This document shows, piece by piece, positions 44,255 to 57,894 of a DNA stretch of 64,000 nt; position 1 is the stretch's first letter, and each line of letters opens with the position of its first letter. The notes below the pieces were generated by a model. That model ran no database searches. It worked only from the letters and a program-made list of their open reading frames with translations, and was not told the DNA's origin. Source of the DNA: Octopus bimaculoides (taxonomy: Eukaryota); assembly GCF_001194135.2 (NCBI RefSeq), contig NC_069004.1, forward strand, positions 2,773,560 through 2,837,559. Direction: 5' to 3'. The position numbers and the translations under genes are program-made.

Positions 44255-46509
44255 GTAAGTTACTTCTGTTTCCCACCTTGCATGTGCCACATGCCTGATG
44301 GTTATTAGAAAAAACCTTCCATAAGCCTCAGTGCCCGTTCTGAAGACAGACATTACAACGTCTCCATTCTCTGTGGATGCCTGAGTTTCTATGTCTCTTT
44401 CTCTCCCTGTGTCTGTCTTCATGGCAAATCTCAGATTATACATATAGACACATATATATACATATATATGTATGAAGTGCACATACGCATATATATAATG
44501 CGTATATGTTATATACATATGTATTTTCTACACCCACACATGTATACATACGATCATAATTAAATATATGTGCATGTGTTTTCATATAAATGTATATATA
44601 TATGTATATGTTTTAATAATTGTGTATGTTTTCATATAATTTAGTGTGTGTATATATGTGTTTTTCATATAATTGTGTATATATATATTTATATATACAC
44701 ACTCGTCTTCATATATATTTGTATACATATATATATATATATACGTCTTTCATCCTCAGAGCTGGGTTTTCGTTGTTTTTTTTTTAATTGTCTAATTATT
44801 TTATTTACATTTGATTCAATTTTTTTTTTTCAATTAAGATATTTAGCATCGTTAATTTTTTTTTTTCCGATTACCTTAATACAACATCAGTTTAGACTGA
44901 TACCTTAACCATTTCGCTGTTCTGTGTTCGAATTTCGCTCTGGGTCGTCTTAACTTCTTACCTTTAATAAACTGCCGCCACAAATTGCTGAGCGTGTGTA
45001 TATGTGTGTGTATATATACGGAAAGTAATTTTTAATCTATTAAATATAGCCCTTAGCATTTCTTGTACCGTTTGAAAGGGGGTAGACTGGTTTGTAGCCA
45101 GGCATTAAATTGCTAATTATTGTCAATAAGGTTTTATAAATGCCTATATCTACACTTAACCCTAGGTTAACTTTGCCAATTAACAGGCCTGACCTACGGT
45201 GATATATAAATATAATCCAAGCCCAACCGTGACTGCCTACACAGGATTAGGGGTACACAGGATAACGATATACTATATACACAACTATTCCTTACCTAAA
45301 GACATTAGGGTGTCATTCTAATGATTTAGCTACTATTTCTAGCAGATCTGACGACCACAGATTTTGCCATCGTTTTATCAGTATTGTTTATTGTGCTAAT
45401 GATCCTGGTACATAAATATTGTACAATGTTGTTTTATTTTCTAAATACATGCTGTTTACGAAGTCTTGTTTACCTGTTTTACGTTAATTTCTCAACATTT
45501 GTTTAATATCCGTCGTAATTATACCGTCCCAAATTGGATAGGACCCACGAGTACTTGTTTGTAAGCATGTATGTATGGTGCGTGTATGTATATGTAAATA
45601 TATATATATATATACACACACACATTGTTGTTGCCTACTGTATATTTTTACTAATGTCATTTTCTCTTTGGTTGAGAAAGAAATATATATATTTTAAAAT
45701 CCTTCTAGACGTTATGGTGTGTGAATATGATGCTTCAGAAAAAATCCAACGTGTTTTGAATCTGTAAAATGAAAGAAGGGAGTAATCTGTGTGTGTGTGT
45801 ATATATAAATTAGCTTATTGTATAGTGTGTGTATTTTGGATTAATTTTGTGAAGTGCGTGTATATAACAGAAAATTCGCTTTTTGTGTGTGTGTATATAT
45901 ATATGTATATATTTGTATAATATGAAATAATGAGCTTATTGTATAGGTTGTGTGTGTGTGTGTGTGTGTATTATAATGAGCTTATTGTATGTGTATTACA
46001 TTTGTCGTCTCTGCTGACATGTTTCTACAAATTCCATCCACTTAGTCTGTTTATATTTGTCCATTCTTAGCCAATGATTAAACATAATAGCCAAAAGTAT
46101 GTGTGGATATATATATATATATATATATAGATATAGAAATATATATATGTGTGGATATATAGTGTGGCTACATATATTGTATGTATGTCTGTCGTTGATT
46201 AGAGTCAGAATATTTTGCTGGTGAACGAAATGTCAATGAATTTTCCCATCTTGTATCTGATGATGATGATGATGCAACAATTGTGATGGAGATGGAATGC
46301 TGATTCTAGTAGTGGTGATGATGTTCGTTTGTCCTCTCCCCCTCATTTATATCGATGGTAATTGCTTCCAATTAAATCACTCTTGACACACATTAAGAAA
46401 GTACCCGTAAAGTACTGAAGTAGACCTTATCAAAACCACTCCATTTCCGCCTAATTTTGGTGCCTTGTGTTTATGATAGAAACGATTCTTCTTTAGTAAT
46501 ATTATTGTT

Positions 46510-47420
46510 GTGTAGGCATTTCTTTCGGCTCCTTACGTTCTGAGTTCAAATGCCGCCGAGGTCGACCTGGCCTTTCATCCTTTCGGGGTCGAAAAATTAA
46601 GTACCATTTAAGCACTGAGATCTTCGATGTCATCCACTACACCCCCCCCCCTCCACAAAATTTCGGGTTTGTGCTGATAGTAGAAAGGATTATTACTATT
46701 ATTAGGGAGGGGGCGAGGTGGCAGAATATTCAGCGCGTCGGACAAAATGCTTATTGTCTTTTCTCCTGGTTTATTTACGTTGAGTTCGAATACCACAGAT
46801 GTTAGAGTTTTGCCTTTCGTGGTTGATAAAATAAAGTTTCAGTCAAGTACTAAGGTCGATATAATTGATGGTGGAGATAAAGAGTATGCACACCACCCGT
46901 TCCAGACGTAACTCTAACCCCGAAAATGNNNNNNNNNNNNNNNNNNNNNNNNNNNNNNNNNNNNNNNNNNNNNNNNNNNNNNNNNNNNNNNNNNNNNAAT
47001 GGGTGGTGTGCGTATTCTTTACCTTCGCCATAATTGACTGGCCGCTTCCTCTAAAATGGTAGGCCATGTGTTGAAGTTTGAAACTGTTACTATTTTTATT
47101 GTTACCTTTCCCCTCGTCTTTGTCCAGCCTCACAGGTATCGTAAACCCCATATTCTTTAACGTTTATTGTATCCCTGTGAGATTTTGAGACAAATTAAGA
47201 CAGTTAACTATTACAGAATCGTTAGCACGCCGGATAAAATGCTTCGTGGCATTTCTTCCGGTTTTACGATTTTAGTTGAAATTCCGTCGAGGTCGGCTTT
47301 GCATTTCATCGCTTTCGGGGTGATGAAATAAATACCAGTCGAACACTGAGGGGTCGATGTAAATCGCTAACTCCCTTTCACTTAAAAACTGCCAGCCTTG
47401 TGTTTACAGGAGAAAGGATT
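46510..47420 (+). mobile_element. three (ATT)n-family SINE copies in PHF20-like intron 1
   Basis: Copies at ~46510-46700, 46715-46870 and 47215-47420 with CpGs retained. Confidence 0.75.
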
Positions 47421-48114
47421 ATCTAATCACCACTGAGGTCATCATAATCTTTCATTCCTCCTGGAGTTAGTGAAACGGACCGAACACTTCCTTTCAAAAT
47501 TGCTCTCCTTCTTAGATTAGAAACCGTTATTATCATGGAGTTCGACTTTGTCTTTCTTCCCTCTGGGATCAGTAGAGTACATGGGTAAATGGTACCCAAT
47601 AAACCACTTCTCAAAATTGCCGGCCCTCATCGTAATTATCATCATCATCTAGGTCAACTTTGATTTCATCTCTCCAGAGTTGATGAAATAAAATACCAAG
47701 TGGTGGGGGTGGTAGATGATATCCATTAACCCTAGAACCCTTCTTCTCTCCTCTAAACTTTTGGCCTTCTCCCTAAATCAGAAACAATTATTAATAATGG
47801 TATTGTGCTGAATTACAAGGTTTATTTTTTTGACTTCCTTTTCAACCTCATAACATTGAAAACGTGGATTTATTTATCCTATCGTTGGATGGTGTTACGT
47901 AGATCCTGCTCAGTTCCCGTGCTAAAGAGAACGGTAACCAGAAGTGTTCTGGCCACAGGCATTCCCGTCTTTCTGGCCCCACTACCATGACCCTCTGTGT
48001 GTGTGTGTGTGTGTAGATGTATATTATAGACTTCACTGTCCACGGCACTCTCTCCACCTCTTGAGATTGTAGGGGTTGATTTGAAGGACATTTAGCTTAT
48101 TGTTTCTTGTGCAG

Positions 48115-48148
<34 letters not shown>

Positions 48149-48769
48149 NNNNNNNNNNNNNNNNNNNNNNNNNNNNNNNNNNNNNNNNNNNNNNNNNNNN
48201 NNNNNNNNNNNNNNNNNNNNNNNNNNNNNNNNNNNNNNNNNNNNNNNNNNNNNNNNNNNNNNNNNNNNNNNNNNNNNNNNNNNNNNNNNNNNNNNNNNNN
48301 NNNNNNNNNNNNNNNNNNNNNNNNNNNNNNNNNNNNNNNNNNNNNNNNNNNNNNNNNNNNNNNNNNNNNNNNNNNNNNNNNNNNNNNNNNNNNNNNNNNN
48401 NNNNNNNNNNNNNNNNNNNNNNNNNNNNNNNNNNNNNNNNNNNNNNNNNNNNNNNNNNNNNNNNNNNNNNNNNNNNNNNNNNNNNNNNNNNNNNNNNNNN
48501 NNNNNNNNNNNNNNNNNNNNNNNNNNNNNNNNNNNNNNNNNNNNNNNNNNNNNNNNNNNNNNNNNNNNNNNNNNNNNNNNNNNNNNNNNNNNNNNNNNNN
48601 NNNNNNNNNNNNNNNNNNNNNNNNNNNNNNNNNNNNNNNNNNNNNNNNNNNNNNNNNNNNNTTGTGTTTCGTTAAAGTTCAAATCCCGCGCCGAGGTTGA
48701 ATTAGCCTTTTGCCCCCACCCGGTCGATTGACTTTGGAAAACTTGGGCCTTCCTTCATCGCTATAAAGT

Positions 48770-49330
48770 GTAATAATAATAATGATTTCTTTATTAACCA
48801 CTAAGTTCACAAGCAGATCGAGGATGGTACAGGACGATACAATATACTGTGAGATTATTTAAAAGTGTGTTTAAAAAAAAAAGAAGTAAAATAACGGAAA
48901 CAAAGAAAGACAACAACTGAAGAAAATACCCTTTTTTCTTATTTGCCACCCGACGGACAATACAAAGGCATATAAAGTGGGGTGGAATGATAGAAAAAAA
49001 CGTATACAGAACTAGCGAAAAGTAATGGTTTATTTTGACCTCAGATCTTTTCAGTATGAGGGAGTCTGTCTTAAAAGCTGTCCCTGACGGGTGAAATAAA
49101 ATGCTTAGTGTGTAAATGTGAGGGTGGACGGTGTAAAATTAGTCTTTTATTAGCCTCTGTAGACATAAACTGCATGGCCTTTACCAACCAATAAATATGA
49201 GAAACCATTCATGAGGATATATCGCATCACCGAAGACTCTGGATTGGCTCATATTCAATGTTTCCAGCAATGAACAAACAATGCATGTCGCTAGCACTAG
49301 TCTAATCACAGAGAACCTAACAAAAACCAA
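48770..49330 (-). mobile_element. possible non-LTR retrotransposon 3' end
   Basis: Minus strand ends AATAAAGAAATC(ATT)n after a T-rich UTR-like stretch; no protein motif recognised. Confidence 0.3.
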
Positions 49331-52092
49331 AAGTTAGTTCAATAATTAACTGGAAAACAGCGATGACGACATTGCGAATGAAAAAAAAGGAAGTGTTGTT
49401 GTTTTTTTTAACCCCAGGTCATTTCGGATCGAGTTGACTTAAGATCGAAGGTAGTCCAGCCTTCACCGTTCCCGTCTTTGAGCTGTTACCTAGGATTTCA
49501 TCATCTTATCTTTCCGTTATTTAAAATCTAGTTTGTGTGAGATTTGGCTGCTATATCTAGCATATCCAGCAACCACCATAGAAGCTTCCTCGTTAGTGTC
49601 ACCTACTACTTGTCTTTTAATACGTATTTATTATAAGTGGAATTGAATTTCTAAGAGACGCAGCAGCGTGCGCGGCTCTACGTCTGTTTGTGTATATGTA
49701 GGTGTATCTATGAGCGTGTATTATGTGCCAGAAAGAATACGTATGTATCTGAAAGAGAGAGAGGGGGTTGTTTGTTTCGTAAGCAAGTGATTGATGTATA
49801 TATACACACGTTCCCGCCATTACTGACATTAAAACCACCGCCACCGTTAGATTTTGTTAACTGAACGTCGCATGTATACACTGTCTGTATTTTATTCACA
49901 CATTCATTTATTCGAATATAGAGTGATACATTCACTTGATACATACCTATTGGTGCCTGTTACTATAATACGTATGTGTATGTGTGTGTATATATATATA
50001 TATAAACATATATGCGCATATTTTTTCTGGGGTATATGTTTGTATGGAAGATGAAATTGAAGTTGTAATTGATATTCTATATTTTCAAGGGCATCAAAAA
50101 AACTGTGTCGTTTATGTATGTATGTGTGAGTGTATACTTTTGGGGAATTGTGATTTTCGAAGCATTCATATAGCTATAACTTAATAACCTGTAAATATCT
50201 AGTTCGAATTTCGCTATTCAAAATCGTTTTTAAACCCAATATTTATTTATTTATTACTTTGTCTGCTTCGAGAATTACGATATCAAAAAAAAAAAAAAAA
50301 AAAATATTTCGCGTTCTCTCGAAAGTCTATACAATTGTTATGGTGTTGTATATAAATTAGTTTTATACTTTCTATCAAGGTTACGTGTGTATAATTTATA
50401 AATTATACACACGTATAGTGGCCTTAATAGAAAGTATAACACTAATTAACCAAGGATACGCAAGTACTGAAAAGGTAAACAATGAACTGTGTATGCGCGC
50501 GCACGCACGCACTTATACATGCACGCGTGCCTACACGTGTCTTTCTATTTACAAACGGAAAAAAAGCGATTCTTAATAAGCGTAGCTTGCAGTTTATTCA
50601 TTTATTTAAATTTGAAGCTTCCTTCTGTTTTTAATCCCCCAATTTCTATTGTTTTTTTTTTCTTTCCAAGTCATTCATGCTCTACCCGAGCAGATTTATT
50701 ATCAAAGCTGTTCTGCCACTCATGACTACCCTGTCTTGGTCTAGGGGTATCCTTTTATTCTTTCCTAAGGCAGTAGAGTATAGCCTACTGTTTCTAGCAG
50801 GTCAAATAAACTACGTTGCGGTCTTGGATCGTCTCGTTTTCAATCACAACATTCTGTAGATGTAAAAGTTTCGATTACTGATGTGAAAAATAAAGAGTTT
50901 CTACGTGGTCGTTCGATTAACTAAAAATAGCAGCTAAATCGCATTGAAGTCATTCATACTTTTTTTTTTTAGGCAAAGTATTTGTGTCATATTGGTTCAT
51001 TAGTTTATCATTTAACAAAGGTTAGAACACCGGACAAAATGCCTACGGCATTTCATCCGTCTTTTTACGTTCTGAGTTCAAATTCCGCTGTGATCGACTT
51101 TGCTTTTCATCCCTTCAGATAAATGTACAAGTGAAGCATTGGAATCAGTGTAATAGACTGGTTTCCTCTTGCAAATTTTGTAGAAAATTATTGACAAAAA
51201 CAGAAGACGGGGTTGTCACAATTGGGATGTCGTGTCTTCTCAAATAGGGTTGACTTGTGCTAATCAACTAAACAAATAAATAGATAAATAAAAAAAAAAT
51301 ATTGTAAAATAAAATAGCTTAGCATTGCAGGACAATTTGATGAGAATAGCCTCCCCTTCGTAGCGGGAACTACGAACTAATTACTGTAACACCAATGCAC
51401 CTTGTGTTTGAGATTCTCCGAATTAAAACAGAGAATATGTGTGTGTGTGTATACATATATACACACACGCAATGGTTAGGGTGTTGCACTTACGATTGCT
51501 AGATCGTGGTTTCAATTCCTAGACCGGGTGGTACGTTGTGTTCTTGAGCAAAACAGTTCGTCTCGCGTTACTTTGCGAACACTTCGACGACACCTGACGT
51601 GTTGCACACCATACACCTGTTCGAGCAACGTCGATTTGATGTAGGCGAGTGAGTTTAATGTGCGGCGTATACATTTGATCCCTATAAACAATTCATTTGT
51701 GCTGGTCGTTCGGCAAAAAAAGCTGAACACTCATACGTCATATTGGACGGGAGAATCCATCATATATGTATGATGATTGTGCTAGGACACCGGACATGTT
51801 AAAAAATACTGTCTGGTATGCTCTCATCACATGAAACTATTAGTAGCGCATAAAAACATATATTGTGTTTATCAAATATTTCTCTCTCACCAGATGTAGT
51901 ACTTTTTTTGTTAATCTTACCATCACGGAAAGTACATTTATATATAGTTATTATGGTATATTCTGTAAAGAGTACATTATAAAGCTCGTACACCTTCAGA
52001 TTTCACCTCGTGCTGTCCAGTCGTAATATTATACCTACATCCAGGTTTGCGCTTGGGCATCTGTCGTGTGTGAATAGATAATTGTACATGGG

Positions 52093-52134
<42 letters not shown>

Positions 52135-53160
52135 NNNNNNNNNNTATATATGTATATATATATATAATATAGATAGGACACTTTTGCATAATATAGCAAC
52201 TATCTAAGTCCAAAACGTTGCTTTTTCATAGCAAAACCGTTGTACTATACTTTGACAATTTTTGATACCTTGGCATCTGAAGCAGCTGGAGATACGATAG
52301 TTTGACCAAGCAACAAAAACTCATTTGAACATACGACAGTTTAACATAATAGCAACGATATATACACATACTCTATCTTGTCTCTCTTTCTCGCTTGTTT
52401 AAGCACCAGGTCACTCTAATCGAGCGCATCTATGGTGGTCATTCCGTCCGTGATCGATCGGGTTTTTTTTTTTTTGTATTCTCTATGGCAACGTTATTCA
52501 ATATATCCCTCCTTGTTTAATTAAAACGGTTGAATGTGATTTGCGGTAGATCTGACTGTTATTTTTAGGTTGTCGAGCAACCGTAAGGGAACATGTTTTT
52601 GGTTTTTACTGGTGTTTAGCTATACGTCAGTCCTGGTTACGTGAAACAACGATTAAAAAACAAAAACAACAAACAAGTCGTGGTGATACCCATCTTTTTA
52701 GGCGTGCTTTTATTTGAACGTTTTAAAAAGCTGGCTGGATGAAATGCTAGAGATTTAACTACTATTTCTAGCGGCCACATAATGTACTTCTTCGGATACC
52801 CTTCTAAATTTGGCGTATGTCCCTTTTCATCGATATTAACTTTTTTTTTGTCTTTACTATGACAAATTAACTGTAGTTGTTGTTTCGCCCTCGTACGGTA
52901 AAAAAAAGAAGAAAGAAACCGTTCCAACCGTGACCACTCCGTGTTTTTTATTCATTTCTTTGAAGCAAGAGCTACGCAATTCTTTTTTTTTATTGTGGAG
53001 TGTGATTTGATGGAGATTTAGTTGCTACTTCTAGCAGACCTGTGTGTGTGTTCTGTTTTCATCAATTGTTTCTGCAGCATGTCTGTAAGTCTTCAGATTT
53101 TTCTAACAAATGAAGAATCCACTCTTTTACCAATATATCTCTCTGAATTCCTTCTTTCAG

Positions 53161-53492
53161 GCTGATGATGATGACGACGGAGGAGGAGGCGGAAGTGAAG
53201 AAGAAGGAAGCAGAAATGGGAATGCTGCTGCTGTTGCCCCTACCAATGGCACCGGCGAGGACAAAGATGAAGAAAATGGAGGCCGTATTACCAGGCAATC
53301 CCTCTCCAAGACCATTTCCAATGACGGTGCCAAGGACAAGAATGTGCCAGTGAAGAAAAAGAAACTAAGCACTAGTTCTTCTGAGAGTGGTTATTCTGTG
53401 GCTACCAGTCGATCTCGAAGACTGCCGTGTCGTCCTGGTATTGTCTGGAGAATTGGTGAAAGGTTGGAAGCCATGGATTTTATCCATAAATG
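53161..53492 (+). CDS. PHF20L1: PHF20/PHF20L1-like exon: acidic/Gly-rich extension plus start of Tudor 1 (RLPCRPGIVWRIGERLEAMDFIHKW)
   Basis: ttctttcag acceptor, TG|GTAAG donor; matches PPNRPGI.F..G..LEA.D...KW of PHF20/PHF20L1 (Drosophila MBD-R2 family). Confidence 0.9.
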
Positions 53493-53517
53493 GTAAGAAT
53501 CTTCTACATTTGCAAAT

Positions 53518-53519
<2 letters not shown>

Positions 53520-53590
<71 letters not shown>
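53520..53590. repeat. (AC)n microsatellite directly after the Tudor 1 donor; representative of very abundant (TA)n, (AC)n, (AG)n, (ATT)n and (CAT)n tracts
   Basis: Directly visible; most spurious ORFs in the track come from such repeats. Confidence 0.95.
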
Positions 53591-53591
<1 letters not shown>

Positions 53592-55289
53592 TCACAATCA
53601 TAGAGAAGCACGTTTAAATGTGTGTGTGTGTATGTATGTATATACACATACACATGTGTATGCGTACATATTTCTATAAGTATTTGTACACACATTTTTA
53701 TAGTATGTTGTCAACTTAATGTGACAGTCCCATGAAAGGGAAGAATGCTACTGTTATTTAGTCTGAGGAATGTATTTCACCCTGGATAAAGCAGTTGGAG
53801 TTTCTCATCCCACTGAGCATCACTTTGTGTTGTCTTTACTAGGATTACTCTGTGTGTGTGTGTGTGTGTACATGTATTTGAAGGATTGGAGCAGGTAAAA
53901 ATCTAGGCTGCATACGTTTCCTAACTCACAATCCTCAGAAGTAATAATTATTCAACAAGGGGTACTCTGCTACACACACACACACACACACACACTATAT
54001 TGTACACATGCTGTGTCTGCACGCACTCTCACTCACACAATTATAACAGATACACCATCTCTATTATATACATACACACACACACACCATACATACATGC
54101 TCTCCATCATATGCACATACACAGTCTGTGCATACACTTGGCGTCATATGCACACAAACACTTCCTCATACATATGCACACACTCCCACATGCATGGACA
54201 TGCTCGCGTACACACTCCATGCAGACATGCACTCCCCTGCATGTGCGCACAGGAAAACTCCATGCACACACTCCATCATGCATGTGCACACTCTGCACGG
54301 ACGTACACACATACTCCATCACACACACACACACACTCCATTATGCATGCACACACTCTATTGTACACACCCACAGTCATACACATGCACTCCATNNNNN
54401 NNNNNACACACTCTATTGTACACACCCACAGTCATACACATGCACTCCATCATGCACACACACACACACACACACACACACGCTCTTTCTCACTCAAACA
54501 CATTACATATGCATCTTCTGTGTCATGCACACACACACTCCCTCTTTCTCCCCCTCGCTCTCTCTCTCCCCTTTCTCTCTCTGGCTGACTCCATTAATCT
54601 GGTGTTTAGTATCCATTAACTAAACAGATTCCAATATATTGATTATTAATAGACATTCAATAGGTGAAAACGAAGTCTTTTATCAGGTGTGCACGATGTT
54701 CTTTGATGTTGGTTCTTTTGTCTTCCGTTTTGTGTGTTTTACTTTATCCAGTGCCATTCACTGTGTTTAGCAAACTTCTACTGTAAAATCACTGCATTGT
54801 TTGGTGCAACTCTGGTGATTGTTGTCTTATTAGTATCATGTAGCCCTAGGTCAAGAAGACCTGTAAAAAGCAAATCAGTTGAACAACCACAAAGCAAACA
54901 CCTGTCCTCAAACCAGACTGGAGCTATTGTCTTGGAACTATATTAGAAATAGCAGCCAAATCCTTCGCAAATCATGTGTTGGCCAGTGTTAAAAATGAAA
55001 GTACACATTAGAAGGCGCTGGTGTGGCTGTGTGGTTTAAGAAGCTTGCTTCCCAACCATGTGGTCTTAGGTTCAGTTCTGCCTTTGTGACACTTTAAGGT
55101 TTATTAACCCCTTTAGCTTTTAAATTATTCTGTCAAATGTAAAGGGTAAAGACCCCTTTCAGTTATGAATCACCATGGGATTGCACCTAGAAAGTTACTC
55201 TCCAAGGTGCAAGTCCAGGAAAAGCTGTTTGTGGAAGACCAGCTGTCAGCCATGCATTCCAGCCTCCACTCTCCACGCCACCAATGTTA

Positions 55290-55560
55290 TCGATCTCTTT
55301 TGTCGAAGTTACGGGGACGTAAACACACCACCGGTTGTCAAGTGATGGTGGGGGGGACACAGACATACAAACATGTACATATATACACACACATAGATAT
55401 ATACACACGGCAGGCTTCTTTCAGTTTCCGTCTACCAAATCCACTCACAAGGCTTTGTTCGACCTGAGGCTATAGCAGCAGACACTTGCCCAAGGTGCCA
55501 TACCGTGGGACTGAACCGTGAGCCATGTGGTTGGAAAGCAAGCTACTTACCTGTGCCTAT
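55290..55560 (-). mobile_element. CORE-like SINE
   Basis: Reverse-complement of the head and body, ~70 nt upstream of the Tudor 1 exon. Confidence 0.8.
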
Positions 55561-55631
55561 TGTATTGTTCATTATTTTTTTTTTCCTTCCTTAATTGATA
55601 TTGTCTGTTTTTTTTTGTCACCATTCCACAG

Positions 55632-55794
55632 GTACCCTGCCAAAATTGTGAACATCCAAGAAGAAAAATTCTCAGTCTTGATCCACTTTGAAGGTTGGAA
55701 TCACCGTTATGACGAATGGGTAGACATGAAGTGTGAACGCTTGCGACCGGCAAGCAGACGGTCGGAACGGAAAGAAAAACGAAGGCAGATGACT
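55632..55794 (+). CDS. PHF20L1: PHF20/PHF20L1-like exon, Tudor 1 core (YPAKIVNIQEEKFSVLIHFEGWNHRYDEWVDMKCERLRP)
   Basis: cacag acceptor, GTAAGC donor, 163 nt, phase 2 to 0; LIHF..W.HRYDEW signature. Confidence 0.95.
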
Positions 55795-55959
55795 GTAAGC
55801 TCTTCCCTTCCTTCCTTCCTTCCTTCTCTCTCCTCTTCCCACTCCCCTCCCCTCACTTTTCATCACTATGTGATAAAAAAAGGCCTGTTACTTTTTATCA
55901 TGACCCCTATTAAGGTGCTAATTGATTTATCCCAACCCTAATTTTGTGCCAAAATTATT

Positions 55960-56321
55960 GGCAGTGAGCTGGCAGAATTGTTAAGCATGCCAGGCAAAAT
56001 GCTTAGTGGGGAGTTCAAATTCTGCCGAGGTCGACTTTGCCTTTCATCCTTTCGGGGTTGATTAATTAAGTACCAGTGAAACACTGGGGGTCGATGTAAT
56101 CGACTAGCTCCCTTCCTTCCAAATTTCAGGCCTTGTGCCTATAATAGAAAGAATTATTATTATTATTATTATTATTAATATTGCAAAGGAGGCAAACTGG
56201 CAGATTCGTTAGCACGCTGGGAAAAATGCTTAATGGCATTTTTATCCATCTTTCCATTCTGAGGTCAACTTTGCCTTTCATCTTTTTGGGGTTGATAAAA
56301 TACATACCAGTTGACTGCTGG
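55960..56321 (+). mobile_element. two tandem (ATT)n-family SINE copies
   Basis: Full copy 55960-56175, then a second head running into the gap. Confidence 0.8.
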
Positions 56322-57540
56322 NNNNNNNNNNNNNNNNNNNNNNNNNNNNNNNNNNNNNNNNNNNNNNNNNNNNNNNNNNNNNNNNNNNNNNNNNNNNNNN
56401 NNNNNNNNNNNNNNNNNNNNNNNNNNNNNNNNNNNNNNNNNNNNNNNNNNNNNNNNNNNNNNNNNNNNNNNNNNNNNNNNNNNNNNNNNNNNNNNNNNNN
56501 NNNNNNNNNNNNNNNNNNNNNNNNNNNNNNNNNNNNNNNNNNNNNNNNNNNNNNNNNNNNNNNNNNNNNNNNNNNNNNNNNNNNNNNNNNNNNNNNNNNN
56601 NNNNNNNNNNNNNNNNNNNNNNNNNNNNNNNNNNNNNNNNNNNNNNNNNNNNNNNNNNNNNNNNNNNNNNNNNNNNNNNNNNNNNNNNNNNNNNNNNNNN
56701 NNNNNNNNNNNNNNNNNNNNNNNNNNNNNNNNNNNNNNNNNNNNNNNNNNNNNNNNNNNNNNNNNNNNNNNNNNNNNNNNNNNNNNNNNNNNNNNNNNNN
56801 NNNNNNNNNNNNNNNNNNNNNNNNNNNNNNNNNNNNNNNNNNNNNNNNNNNNNNNNNNNNNNNNNNNNNNNNNNNNNNNNNNNNNNNNNNNNNNNNNNNN
56901 NNNNNNNNNNNNNNNNNNNNNNNNNNNNNNNNNNNNNNNNNNNNNNNNNNNNNNNNNNNNNNNNNNNNNNNNNNNNNNNNNNNNNNNNNNNNNNNNNNNN
57001 NNNNNNNNNNNNNNNNNNNNNNNNNNNNNNNNNNNNNNNNNNNNNNNNNNNNNNNNNNNNNNNNNNNNNNNNNNNNNNNNATATGGGAGAATGTACGAAA
57101 AAAAACAACAACAGACGAGGACAGGTGGTGTAAACAACAAAAGGATGCCAGTGTTGCCCGACCGGCTCCTGTGCTGGTGGCACGTAAAAAGCACCCACTA
57201 CACTCTCGGAATGGTTAGCGTTAGGAAAGGTATCCAGCTGTAGAAACCTTGGCAGATCAGATAGGAGCGTGGTGCAGCCTCCTGGTTTGCCAGTCCTCAG
57301 TCAAACTGTCTGGTTACAAGTTATGCTGTAATGATATAGGTATATAGATAAGCATCTGTCTCAAGAGACCATAGGTCTGTGCCTGGAGAATTTTTGTCAG
57401 CTGTTGATGGTGGTGCAGCACCTGCTGTGGCTGTCCAGGCCCATAATTTAATAATTAGATGATATATTTGAAAATATATACCAAATGTATACTTCTTAAA
57501 ACCTGATTTCTTTATATAATGTTTGTTTTTTTTTTTTCAG

Positions 57541-57623
57541 TTGGTTACGAGGTTCTTTTTTATGACGGCTTCAAAAAACTGGTCCAGCCTTCCAATGTTC
57601 AAACGTTACCCCCAGATGTCAAG
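57541..57623 (+). CDS. PHF20L1: PHF20/PHF20L1-like exon, second half of Tudor 2 (GYEVLFYDGFKKLVQPSNVQTLPPDVK)
   Basis: Long poly-T CAG acceptor, AAG|GTTGGT donor, 83 nt, phase 1 to 0; V.FYDG motif. Confidence 0.88.
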
Positions 57624-57894
57624 GTTGGTAGTTATATCTGTTTTTCTCTCTTCAGGTGCAGGCATGGCTATGAAGAAATTATTTTACTAAATTTATCAAT
57701 TTTCAAAATTAACAGAGATAAAGAGATTGTAATCCAACAGAGATATGGTGATGAAGATTAATATATATATATATAAAGCATATCAGCAGTCCAACCCATG
57801 CCAGCATGGAAAACCTGTTAAATGATGAAGATAAATATTACCGGGAGAAATATAATTAAATAGCCCTTAGGAGCTAAGAAAATGTAGAAATTTA

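Noticed and set aside
52880-52900. Minus-strand CGTACGA-GGGC-GAAAC hammerhead-like string
   Set aside because: Core box is wrong (CGTACGA, not CUGANGA) and stem II cannot form.
54350-54460. Direct duplication around a 10-N gap inside a His/Thr-rich long ORF (54000-54623)
   Set aside because: Assembly overlap; the ORFs come from degenerate (CA)n/(CATG) repeats and have no splice or domain support.
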